Part shown: piece after piece, positions 41,501-53,854 of the stretch
Layout of the letters: each line of letters starts with the position of its first letter
Position numbering within the stretch: position 1 is the first letter of the stretch
Assembly: GCF_964355755.1 (NCBI RefSeq)
Contig: NC_092673.1
Location: 17,915,648-17,979,647 of the forward strand
Source of the DNA: Antedon mediterranea
Lineage: Eukaryota > Animalia > Echinodermata
Reading direction: 5' to 3'
Length of the DNA: 64,000 nucleotides
Translations under genes and position numbers: made by a program
The notes under the pieces: model-generated
What the model saw: only the letters and a program-made list of their open reading frames with translations
The model's database searches: none
Told to the model about the DNA's origin: nothing

Positions 41501-44500
41501 GTTGCACCACTTGCGCGGCGGATAACCAAACTCGTCAAAGTGACGAGTTACATGTCTAGTCTTCTTTCTTTCTGTATGATTTTTGTGTAACGCTTTTCTC
41601 TAAAACTTGCAAACATAACATTTTGTTAACTATGTTAACATTTAGACATTTATGTAACGTCGTCAAGCGAAGCTTTTCATGATGTTTACAATCGCGCAAC
41701 GTGACGTACGCGCGATTTAACGATTTTCTCGTATTTAACATATGTCGAAAACCAAATAACATTTTAAAGTGAAACTTTGCAAAAGTTTAATTTATATTAT
41801 GCGCTAACTTTCTGTTGAAAAAAAATTGCGTGTTTTACACAAAGTTACGCGCGCACGCGCATTTAAAATTTCAAAATGCGCAAAATTAATTTATAATCAA
41901 CTTTCTACGCGTTTCATGTCGTTTTAAGCATGTCAAAAATTCCCACACGTGCGCACATTTTTACGTGTGCGGTGCGCACGTAGCATTGAAAACGTATTTT
42001 TTTCGCGTGATTTATGTTTTTCCAGCCTTTTCTAGTAATTTTACCAAATTTTAAACAATTTCGACTTAAAGATACGTCATACGAGCACGTCGAATTGGAC
42101 AATTTGCGCGCGTTTTTTATGAAAAGGTTAAAAAATTCGTTTAAAAAATGCCTTTTTTTAAACAGTCGTAATTTCTAAACTAGACGGTCAACTTTTTGTG
42201 GATGGGATATTCTGGAAGTAGATGAGTTGTAGATATCGGATCAGGTATTAATATGGCTAACCGGACATTGTGACGTCATCGTATGGCCACGCGAATATAA
42301 AATTTAGGATTTTTGTATCTTTTGTCATAGCTCATCACATTGAATAGAGCGCATATCCACTTATCCGTTTTCAATTTTCACCCCGATTTTGACATTGTCT
42401 AGGTCAATCAACTATCTTTCGCATGAGTTAAAAATATTTTAATTTTTTTGACGTCATCATGCCTAAAAATTAAAATCACGTGTGGCAGTAATTTCATCTT
42501 TACAGTAAATTTTAATCTGTTATAGCTCGTAAGAATAAAATGTGATAATCACGATTAAAACTTTTTCTGGAAGCTATTGGATTGTAGATACGAAATTATG
42601 TAAAAATGTTGCCAATTGGATGTTGTGACGTCATCATATGGCCAGTTAAATGAAAAAGGTCGTATTTTCATCTTTTGCGTCATAATTCATTACATTTAAA
42701 AGAGCGCGCATCAATATTTCACGTATTCAAATTTCTTCTACACGCTAATACGTTGTTGCTGAGATAATTTCCTTTCGGAATTGCTACCTTCGCGTTTCAT
42801 TTTAAAACCGTCAACATGTTAAAAATTGCAATAAATAGCGGGTCCCGTAATTTCACCTATTCTATGTATGTCACTGTATGTGATATGGATACAGATTATA
42901 CTGTGTATACTATATATGAATATAAATAATAAAATTCAGCAATAACAACATATCATATTCTTCAGTTCAGGTCATAATGCCAACGTGAACACTTCCTTTT
43001 GTCTTCAACCTATCCCCTTAATGTTAATGTTGCACCATTTGCGCGGCGGATAACCAAACTCGTCAAAGTGACGAGTTACATGTCTAGTTATTCTTCAGTC
43101 TTTCTCCCTCACTTTTTGTGCAGAGCGTATCTCTAAAATGGGTAAACATAACATTTCATAACTTTGTCAACATATGGACATTTACGTGAAGTTGTGCACC
43201 TCCTATTTTTGAATGACGTCAGTGTTGCGCAACATGACTTACGCGCGTTTTTATGAATTTACAGATAATAACATAGATCGAAAACCATATAACAATTTAA
43301 ATTGAAACTTTGCAAAAGTTTAATTTATATCAGGCGCTAACTTTCTGTTGAAAAAAAGTTGAGTGTTTTACACAAAGTTACGCGCGCACGCGCATTTAAA
43401 ATTTCAAAATGCGCAAAATTAATTTCTAATCAACTTTCTACGCGTTTCATGTCATTTTAAGCATGTAAAAAATTCCCACGCATGCGCAAATTTTTACGTG
43501 TGCGGTGCGCACGTAGCATTAAAAACATATATTTTTCGCGTGATTTATGTTTTTCCAGCCTTTTCTAGTAATTTTACCAACTTTTAAACAATTTCGACTT
43601 AAAGTTACGTCATACGAGCACGTCGAATTGGACAATTTGCGCACGTTTTTGATGAAAAAGTACAAAAATTTGTCAAAATTATGCCTTTTTTTAAACAATC
43701 GTAATTTCTAAACTACACGGTCAACTTTTTGTGGAAGACAAATTCTGCAAGTTGATGAGTTGTAGATATCGGATCATGTATTAATATGGCTAACCGGACA
43801 TTTTAACGTCATCGTATGGCCACACGAATATAAAATTGAGGATTTTTGTATCTTTCGTCATAGCTCATCACATTTAATAGAGCGCATCTCCACTTATACA
43901 TTTTCCATTTTCACCCCGATTTTGATATTGTCTAGGTCAATCAACTATCTTTCGCATGAGTTAAAAATATTTTAATTGTTTTGACGTCATCGTGCCTAAA
44001 AATTTAAATTACATGTGGCATTAATTTCATCTTTACAGTAAATTTTAATCTGTTATAGCTCGTAAGAATAAAATGTGATAATCACGATTAAAACGTTTTC
44101 TGGAAGCTATTGGATTGTAGATACGAAATCATGTAAAAAATTTTTCAATCGGATGTTGTGACGTCATCATATGGCCAGTTAAATAAAAAAAGTCGTATTT
44201 TCATATTTTGCGTCATAGTTCATCAAATTTAAAAGGGTGCGCATCTATATTTTACGTATTCAAATTTCTTCTACACGCTAATATGTTGTTCCTAAGATAA
44301 TTTCCTTCTGAAATTGCTATCGAAGTGTTTCATTTTGATACCGTCACCATGTTAAAAATTGGAATAAATGGCGGGTCCCGTAATTTCACCTATTCTACAC
44401 TGTATGTAATATGTATACAGATTATACTGTTTGCATGTATACTATATGACACAAAATTGACAGAATTCAGCACTAACAGCATATCATATTCTTCAGTTCT

Positions 44501-47500
44501 TGTCATAATGCCATAATCTTTATCTGTGTGCAATATTCCAACGTATGACGTGCACATGGCGTTTGTCGTTGTGCGGATAACTAACTCGTCAAAGTGACGA
44601 GTTTCATGTCTAGTTCTTCTTTCTTTCTGTCATTTTTGTGCAGAGCGTATCTCTAAAACGTGTAAAGTTAACATTTTATAACTTTGTCAACATATGGGCA
44701 ATCACGTGAAGTTGTGCTTTCCTATAATTGAATGACGTCAGAGTTGCGCAACATGACTTACGCGCGTTTTTATGAATTTCGCGTATTTAACATAGATCGA
44801 AAACCATATAACAATTTAAATTAAAACTTAGCAAAAGTCTAATTTATATCGTGCGCTAACTTTTTGTGCACTAAAAATGGCATGTTTTACACAAAGTTAC
44901 GCGCGCACGCGCGTTTAAAATTTTCCAATGCGAAAAATCAATTTCTAATCAACTTTATACGCGTTTCATGTCATTTTGAGCATGTCAAAAATTCCCACAC
45001 GTGCGCAAATTTTTACGCGCGTGGTGCACACGTAGCGTTAAAAACGTCATTTTTTCAAGTGATTTATGTTTTTCCAGCCTTTTCTAGTAATTTTACCAAC
45101 TTTTGAATAATTTCGACTTCAAATTACGTCATACGAGCACGTAGAATATGATAATTTGCGAGCTTTTTTGATGAAAAACTTCAAAAATTCGTCAAAATTA
45201 AGCCTTTTTTTAAACAATCGTAGTTTCTAAACTAAACGGTAAAAATTATTTTTATTACATATTCTGGAAGTTGATGAGTTGTAGATATCAGATCATGCAT
45301 TAATATGGCTAACCGGACATTGTGACGTCATCGTATGGCCACGCGAATATGAAATTTAGGATTTTTGTATCTTTCGTCATAACTCCTCACATTTAATAGA
45401 GGGCATCTCCACTTATCCGTTTTCCATTTTCACCCCGATTTTGATATTGTCTAGGTCAATGAACTATCTTTAGCATGAGTTGAAAATATTTTAATTTTTA
45501 TGACGTCATCATGCCTAAAAATTTAAATTACGTGTGGCATTAATTTCATCTTTACAGTAAATTTCAATCTGTTATAGCTAGTAAGAATAAAATGTGATAA
45601 TCACGATTAAAACGTTTTCTTGAAGCTATTGGATTGTAGATACAAAATCATGTGAACATTTTGCCAATCGGATGTGGTGACGTCATCATATGGCCAGTTA
45701 AATAAAAAAAGTCGTATTTTCATCTTTTGCGTCATAGTTCATTACATTTAAAAGAGCGCGCATTAATATTTCACGTATTTAAATTTCTTCTACACGTTAA
45801 TATGTTGTTGCTGAGATAATTTCCTTCCAAAATTGCTACCTTCGCGTTTCATTTTAAAACCATCAACATGTTAAAAATTGCAATAAATAGCGGGTCCCGT
45901 AATTTCCCCTATTCTACACTGTATGTGATATGTATACAGATTACACTGTGTATACTATATATGAATCAAAATAATAGAATTCAGCAATAACAACATATCA
46001 TAGTCTTCAGTTCAGGTCATAATGCCATAATCTTTTTCCGTGTGCAATATTCCAACGTATGGCGTGGACGTGGCGTTTGTCGTGCGGATAACTAACTCGT
46101 CAAAGTGACGAGTTTCATGTCTAGTTTCTCTTCTTTCTTTCTGTATGATTTTTGTGGAACGCTTTTCTCGAAAACTTGCAAACATAACATTTTGTAACTT
46201 TCTCAACATATCGTCATGCACATGAAGATGTGCAGCGAAGCTTTTCATGATATTTACAATTGCGCAACGTGACCTACGCGCGATTTAACGATTTTGTCGT
46301 ATTTAACATAGCTCGACAACCAAATAACATTTCAACTTGAAACTTTGCAAAAGTTTAATTTATATCATGCGCTAACTTTCTGTTGAAAAAAAATTGCGTG
46401 TTTTACACAAAGTTACGCGCGCACGCGCATATAAAATTTCAAAATGCGCAAAATTAATTTATAATCAACTTTCTACGCGTTTCATGTCGTTTTAAGCATG
46501 TCAAAAATTCCCACGCGTGCGCACATTTTTACGTGTGCGGTGCGCACGTAGCATTGAAAACGTATTTTTTTCGCGTGATTTATGTTGTTCCAGCTTTTTC
46601 AAGTAATTTTACCAAATTTTAAACAATTTCGACTTAAAGATACGTCATACGAGCACGTCGAATTGGACAATTGGCGCGCGTTTTTTATGAAAAGGTTAAA
46701 AAATTCGTTTAAAATATGCCTTTTTTTAAACAGTCGTAATTTCTAAACTAGACGGTCAACTTTTTGTGGATGGCATATTCTGGAAGTAGATGAGTTGTAG
46801 ATATCGAATCAGGTAGTAATATGGCTAACTGGACATTGTGACGTCATCGTATGGCCACACGAATATAAAATTTAGGATTTTTGTATCTTTCGTCATAGCT
46901 CATCACATTGAATAGAGCGCATCTCCACTTATCCGTTTTCCATTTTCACCCCGATTTTGATATTGTCTAGGTCAATCAAGTATCTTTCGCATGAGTTAAA
47001 AATATTTTAATTTTTTTGACGTCATCATGCCTAAAAATTTAAATCACGTGTGGCATTAATTTCATCTTTACAGTAAATTTTAATCTGTTATAGCTCGTAA
47101 GAATAAAATGTGATAATCACGATTAAAACTTTTTCTGGAAGCTATTGGATTGTAGATACGAAATTATGTAAAAATGTTGCCAATCGGATGTTGTGACGTC
47201 ATCATATGGCTAGTTAAACAAAAAAGGTCGTATTTTCATCTTTTGCGTCATAATTCATTACATTTAAAAGAGTGCGCATCAATATTTCACGTATTCAAAT
47301 TTCTTCTACACGCTAATACGTTGTTGCTGAGATAATTTCCTTTCGGAATTGCTACCTTCGCGTTTCATTTTAAAACCGTCAACATGTTAAAAATTGCAAT
47401 AAATAGCGGGTCCCGTAATTTCACCTATTCTACACTGTATGTGATATGGATACAGATACTGTGTATACTATATATGAATTTAAATAATAAAATTCAGCAA

Positions 47501-47645
47501 TAACAACATATCATATTCTTCAGTTCAGGTCATAATGCCAACGTGAACACTTCCTTTTGTCCTCAACCTATCCTCTTAATGTTTATGTTGCACCACTTGC
47601 GCGGCGGATAACCAAACTCGTCAAAGTGACGAGTTACATGTCTAG
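23570..47645. mobile_element. Nested cluster of ~15 full (plus 1 truncated) Helentron/Helitron2-type non-autonomous elements (HINE-like, ~1.5-1.6 kb each, several subfamilies)
   Basis: 5' head: TT-(g/a)GTTATCCGC hairpin plus (cat)n/(ttct)n tract. 3' tail: GCGGATAAC(c/t) subTIR, stem-loop AACTCGTCA-aag-TGACGAGTT, then CTAG-TT. No TSD; insertion at TT. Plus-strand tails end at 23923, 31824, 33405, 35180, 36697, 38354, 39881, 41559, 43087, 44613, 46124 and 47645; minus-strand tails start at 25280, 26804, 28483 and 30064. Confidence 0.88.
25280..31655 (-). mobile_element. Four minus-strand HINE copies inserted within one plus-strand copy
   Basis: The host copy breaks at actatatatgaa (25279) and resumes at tttaaataataaaattcagc (31658). 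The intact junction is seen in sibling copies (e.g. 41381-41412). Confidence 0.88.
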
Positions 47646-48641
47646 TTACATTATCAGATTTGTGATTTGTGATAGTATGTGTACTGACGAATTCGATCCA
47701 ACTCGGCCCTAAACCGTCTCGGCCAAGTCATGTCGGCCCCAAGTCAACTCGGCCCCACGTCAACTCGGCCCCACATCAACTCGGCCCCACGTCAACTCGG
47801 CCTCACGTCAACTCGGCCAAAAACTAATCCGTCAACTCGGCCTCCAGAAACTATGGAACGCAAAAAGTGCTAATATAGTAGTTAATATTATAATGGCAGG
47901 ATAAACATCACAGACGGTTGGACTAGGGCCTACATAATAGACGAAATAAAACGAAAAATTCAATATAAATTATAACACACTGGGCCTGATCGTTTTTTGT
48001 TTAATCGATAGGTAATATTTATTTATATTGTTTGAAATAAATAAATATTTCTTCACATTTTGTATACAGGAATAACTGTCGAAGAAGAAATTTTAATAAA
48101 TAATATTTAAACAATATACTTCGGTCTACAACTGTATATAATACATCAATATAAAAAGAATATAATGACATTAAAATCATAACAAATCAAAAGGCAAGAA
48201 AACAAATTGCATAAGCATTATGGGTATAGGTTACATGCACACACACCCAGACATGAATGTGCATTATTTTCAAATAGGCCTTACGGTTTTTTTTGTATGA
48301 CATTTTTATGTTCATTTCGTTTCTATTTCATAATTATTCATAATTAATACAGTACACCATGGGAAGAGAGAAATTTGCTTCCATAACAGTCCATAGGGAT
48401 GTGATTATGATTTTATTGTATTAAATTATGGATTCATGGAATTTGTCATGGTGTGTGTTGTTACTATCATCGGGAATCTTGTGTCCCGTTTTGTAATATT
48501 ATCTTTAATTAAACTAAAAAGAATAATTTCTTCCTCACTATTATCCGATGATCATACAGAAACGGCTGCCATTTTAACGTCACGTCACAAAACGGAACAG
48601 GTGTGAATGTTTAAAACGGAACGGTGAGCGGGCGCGCGTCA

Positions 48642-48710
48642 CGTTGAAAAAAACGGCGCCGTCTTCCGTTCCGTTTCGCGGAACGGAAGACGGCGCCGTT
48701 TTTTTCAACG
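48642..48710. repeat. Perfect 32-bp inverted repeat with 5-nt loop, within a Harbinger-like MITE remnant
   Basis: CGTTGAAAAAAACGGCGCCGTCTTCCGTTCCG-tttcg-CGGAACGGAAGACGGCGCCGTTTTTTTCAACG, followed by the terminus-like gtgggaatgcccct-tta. Confidence 0.92.
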
Positions 48711-48957
48711 GACGGTGGGAATGCCCCTTTAGGTGATCAATTTTATTGAACAATACAGGGCGCGGTGGGTGTTAAAAAACAGATGAGAATGCTAAGACAA
48801 TATTATGTTGTTTAGGAATTCCGTTGTTTAGGATTCAAACAATATGTTTTAGTTTTTGCTTGACAAAATAAAAAAACGCCATTTTTTTCATGATGATTTC
48901 TTCAGTAGTGTGTTTTAGATTAATTTCCCATACATAAATATATTCATTGGATTCTCC

Positions 48958-49040
48958 ATTATTTATTTATTTATTTATTTACCAGATTTCTATAGCGCCC
49001 TTTTCATGAAAACTCATGCTCAAAGGCGCTTCACATCATA
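48958..49040 (-). mobile_element. 3' tail of an L2/CR1-clade LINE or SINE
   Basis: Minus strand reads tgtgaagcgcctttgagcatg...aaagggcgctatagaaat followed by (taaa)n. Confidence 0.55.
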
Positions 49041-49862
49041 AAGACAAACATCATAAGCATAAATATGTACTACCTATCAATTAAACGAAAAACGATCAGG
49101 CCCAGTGTGTTAATTTCCGTTTTATTTCGTCTATTAAGTATTATGTAGGTCTAACCGTACTATATCCTGCCATTGTAATAAATGAACTACTATATTAGCA
49201 CTTTTTGCGTTCCATACTTTTTAAAGGCCGAGTTGACGTGAGGCCGAGTTGACGTGAGGCCGAGTTGACGTGAGGCCGAGTTGACGTGAGGCCGAGTTGA
49301 CTTGAGGCCGAGTTGACTTGAGGCCGAGTTGACTTGGGGCCGAGTTGACTTGGGGCCGAGTTGACTTGGGGCCGACTTGATGTGGGGCCGACTTGACTTT
49401 GGCCGAGACGGTTTAGGGCCGAGTTGACCTGCACCCGTACTGACAAGTATCTGTCATCTATTATCAGATATCAATTGTGTGGTAAAATTGTCAACTAGAT
49501 GTTGTCTTATGATTACCTCATCCTTTGAAAGGAACATAAAGTTGTGAACAACCTAAATACACATTTTAATTTATATGTCAAGTAGGATTTGTAGGTGCTG
49601 TATTATAGCTACTGTAAATCTGAATTCAGTTTCCAGTTACAGCATCAAAAATACTTAAATACTTAATTTATTGTGCCTTAAAAGTTGAATTTGTTTATTA
49701 AAAGAATATTAATATTTCTAATGTACAGCATACTACAAAGGATTGTGTTGTTTTTTGTGTGTTACTGTTAGATTGTGCACATAAGGCATGTGCATTGTTA
49801 CCTCACAAAATAAAACTGATTTAAATTTAATTTCATTATGCAATTACAGTATTTTATCTTAA

Positions 49863-51438
49863 AGGGGGATTCTGGGTTTAAAATTGCTTTTAAATATCGT
49901 TTATTTATTAAATAACAAATATTATAACAATATAGACATGTCAGAATGAAGAAATGATAACGAGAAATTAAAAATATTAAATTTCATATACATTTTAGGG
50001 TAAATTCATGGAAAGTCTGTTTTTCAGCAGCTTAGGGAAGCTCATTAATATTCATGAGATATTCACAAAATCACATCATCAGTGGATTCCAAACTCGCGA
50101 CGGCATGTACGTTGTGTTTGTCAACTAAATTTACATATCTCTCCTCTGTCAAACGACGACCACCCGATCATTGTGAAATACATTTTTTGTAGATTTTCTA
50201 AGCTAGGTCTAAAGTGTAATAATAACAGTAGTAGCATATATTTATTTGACATTTAATGAAATACAAAATTTAGTACAGATTACGGAGTCATACTATTTTT
50301 ATACCTCGAATAGTACAGATCGTATTATCGGCTAAACGTACTAGGGGCTAGGCCTAGCCTAAATCATTTTTTTTCATGGGTGAGAGCCATTCTGACTAGG
50401 GATTAAAACGTTAAAACATTGGGGACCATCATGGGCCTAGATAGCCTACTACTAAACGATTGGCCCATAAATAACAAAACTCAGTGGGTTCCAAACCCAT
50501 CCTATCAACCAAACTCCTAAACAATCTAAACCTAAAACATACTACAAAATCGGCTGTATCGCCGTTCGCGCGTATGGTGTCCCGATCGTCTACGTAGGCC
50601 TAAAAAAGCCTAGTTTACTCTCCAAAAAAGCGGATACTACTGCATCAAGCAAGTAGACCAGGTAGTAGGAAGGAGACCTAGCCGATCCGGCCCAGTTAAA
50701 AATTGAGCTAGCTAGAGTAGTAGACCCTATGCGAATTGATACTACCAGGCCTTTTACTAGGCTACACTTCTTAAAATTAGCAATACTTATGTTTACAAAT
50801 ATTCCAACTCTCTCATTCGAGCTATTATTATCTATACCATTCCGGTAGGTCGAGTCGACCTTCAATTAAATACTGTACATCGTTAATGTTGTAATTATAG
50901 ACGGGGTATACTTGACCCGACCAGTTTGGTGTTGTATACTGTATCTGCTTATCACGTGACGATGCCAGGCATGGGCGCGGCAGGTGGAGCACGTGTATCG
51001 TCGTCTTGCTCTCCTCGCTCAGCAGGAATGTATACGTTACGCTTCATTGATTTTTAAGGCTTTCCCTAAGTCAGTGCGAAAATCGGCAAACGTAAAGTGC
51101 AAACATATCTAATTTTTCACTGTTTTGATGAATTTTCATAGAACATTGACTTCATATTTATGGGAAGACTGACTAAAATTACATCAGATAAGTATAATTT
51201 TACAAAAGTAATTGATATGGTTATTGATAACGAGTCGTCGGAAGATTGACCATTTCACGAATTTCCTATTCTGTAACACAGTGTCATATCGCCGTAGCTG
51301 CACTTGTAATCTGGCCTTATTTCACAGCCTTCGTTCTGCTTCACTGGGCGCAAATATAAATTGAAACTTTTACCGTTCAAGAGACAAACAAATATATTTT
51401 ACATTTTTTACTATTCATTTTAAACCCGGAACCCCCCT
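49863..51438. mobile_element. Kolobok-like non-autonomous transposon
   Basis: TTAA TSD (49859-62, 51439-42); TIR AGGGGGATTCTGGGTTTAAAAT / ATTTTAAACCCGGAACCCCCCT. AG..CT termini with a TTAA TSD fit Kolobok. Confidence 0.8.
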
Positions 51439-51444
51439 TTAATT

Positions 51445-52196
51445 CAGGGGCAGATTTAGGGGGGGGGGGCTGGCCCCGGCCCTCTTTTGTATTATATATA
51501 TATAGATATATATATTATGCACCCATTTACATGCGATTTTACAGGAAAAGAGGGTACAAATCAACATAAAAAATTGTTAAAATCTTCAATTTTTTTTAAG
51601 TTGAACCGAGTTTAACTTCAACGTTACGATCGGTAAAACTGACTGACCAATCAAATAGTACATAAATTACGTCATCATAGTTTGTGAAAAAATACGTACG
51701 CGTTGACAATTCTTGATTTTTTACAACGCGGCGATGTTTGTTGTACTCTTTTAAAGTCTGATATTTCAAAATAACAAGTGTAAGTAAAACTAAATTTTAA
51801 TATACAAACAATTTAATTTAATGTTTGTCTTTAGTGTAAAGCCTAGATTAAGATATCAGCGAAAACATGTCCTAGACCGGCCTTGGCTTTGCAAAACTTT
51901 ACGTCCATGTGTCCCAGCAACGATCGCGTAACAAATGTGTAAAAATTTGCGACGGGAAAACAGGCTTTAGACTATTGGTGCAACAAAAAAAAACAGTTCC
52001 GTATATTAAATAGGGTCTACAAAAACCCACTATATTCAGATAATTATATGATAAGAATCGACTGGCCAAAAGCCTCAGATGCTATCCCGGGGCGTCTAGA
52101 AAAAAATTGTTTCCGGGGGAACATGCCCCCGACCCCCCTAGACGATTATTTTCCCATATCGGCCCCCTCTTTATCAAAATCCTAGATGCGCCCCTG
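51445..52196. mobile_element. hAT-like MITE
   Basis: TIR CAGGGGCAGATTTAGG / CCTAGATGCGCCCCTG; only a 5-bp flanking match (TAATT). Confidence 0.6.
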
Positions 52197-53854
52197 TAAT
52201 TAGTCAGTAAAACATATTTTCGTGGCTTAGACTTAGAGCACTCTTTATACTAATGTACTAGATTTGGATGTATAAGTTTCATCCGATTAACAAATGGTAA
52301 CATGCATTGACAGTTGACAAACATTTTGTGGTTTTAATAAATAAAATAATTAATTATATAATATAGGATAAATTACACAGAAAAAAAGTAATGTGATGAT
52401 GTGCGTTTGCCTAGCCTTTGTTTAAGGTGCACTTTCACCTTGGCTGGAAAACCCCAGGGCAATTTACAGTCATTTTTGTCTTTTCAGGTTTAGACATGCA
52501 AGTGATTATTAATTTCCAATAGACCATATCATAAAAACCTATCAAAAACTGCGTTTGTGAGTTTGTTCTCTGTTGATATAAAATCTTTTATTTTCCATTG
52601 AATAGGTTGACATGCAAGACTGATTAGGAAGTCATATGAAATACAGAACGCGGCAAAGAGGGTGTTGGCATTTTGCATAACAATAAACACCTTGTAGGCT
52701 GGTAGCGTCCATTGATGTACAGTAGGGCTGTACAATCCCATTGCTGGACCAGTGGATGGAGAATTCTTTTCCAGACAAATGATGTAATTTTATGGTTAAC
52801 ATTTTTTATGAATTCATTAGTGTGATGTGAGTTATATATTTTTTAAATTTCATTATAGTAATTTGACTTTTAAGCTAGTAGAGCTCATTATATAAAGGTT
52901 TAAACAGTCTGGTTTAAAGCTAGTCCGTAATAATACAACACAATGGTTCATACAACAAACAGTAGCCAAAACATATTTTGGTTTAATCCAACAGATATGT
53001 TGTGTGAGAATAAATGCTGTTTTAAATGTCTTATTAATTCTTTTTAATTGTGGTTTGCTGTCTTTAAATTACCTTTTGATTGCCATGTTGATACTGAGAC
53101 TATCTTATCTACTGTAACAAACAATATTATTTATGTAATTATTAGAATCAGGGACATTTCGGATCAGTCATAGAGGAAACAATTAAATAGTTTTTTCCTC
53201 CATAGACCAAGATCCCACAATTAGGATATAAATGGTTGGTAGTTTGCAATAGTTATACAATTTTAAACAAATGATTTTTTAAACTGAATAATCAACTATT
53301 TTATTATATGGTTTACAATTTTTATAAAAATTTTGATTTTCTCTTTGTGAAAAAAATTGGTCATACTTAAAATTGCAGTGTAAGGCAATAATTGTCCTTT
53401 TTAAGTGCTTATAACATCATGTAATTGTGCGTTATTTTTTTATGCTTACTATGGAATGACATATAATGCCTGCGTGTTAATAATTAGTTATCCGCTTAGT
53501 AGCGGATAACTCCTTGTGATTGTATTGGATCAATTTTTTTTTTTCTGTATACGTTCTTCTTTCTTTCTTTCTCGCTATTTTTGTGCATCGCGTTTCTCTA
53601 AAATGTGTAAGCATAACATTTCATAACTTTGACAGCATGTGGACATTTACCTGAAGTTGTGCACCTCCTATTTTTAAATGACGTCATAGTTGCGCAACGT
53701 GACTTGCACGCAATTTTATGAATTTCAATGATTGATCATAGATTAAAAACCAAAAGTCATTTAGTATTGGCACTTTGACAAAATTTAAGTCATATCAGGG
53801 GCAAACTTTCTACGGATTAAAAATGGCATGTTTCACAAGAAGTTACGCGCGCAC

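Larger units (their letters stand above)
47689..49436. mobile_element. Foldback/MULE-like non-autonomous element
   Basis: ~330-370-bp imperfect TIRs containing 17-bp tandem repeats (gtcaactcggccccac-like); perfect 8-bp TSD GTACTGAC at 47681-47688 and 49437-49444. Confidence 0.88.

Noticed and set aside
26258-46248. Recurrent short ORFs (MSNSTCSYDVS..., MKSFAAHLH..., MLFGFRHML...)
   Set aside because: They are translations of the non-coding HINE body, broken in sibling copies, with no Rep or helicase motifs.
23570-47645. Simple 1.5-kb satellite or collapsed-assembly artefact
   Set aside because: Copies belong to distinct subfamilies, occur in both orientations, and split junctions reconstruct, which favours real nested insertions. 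Read-level confirmation is still needed.
49195-49446. 83-aa repetitive ORF
   Set aside because: It is a translation of 17-bp TIR repeats.
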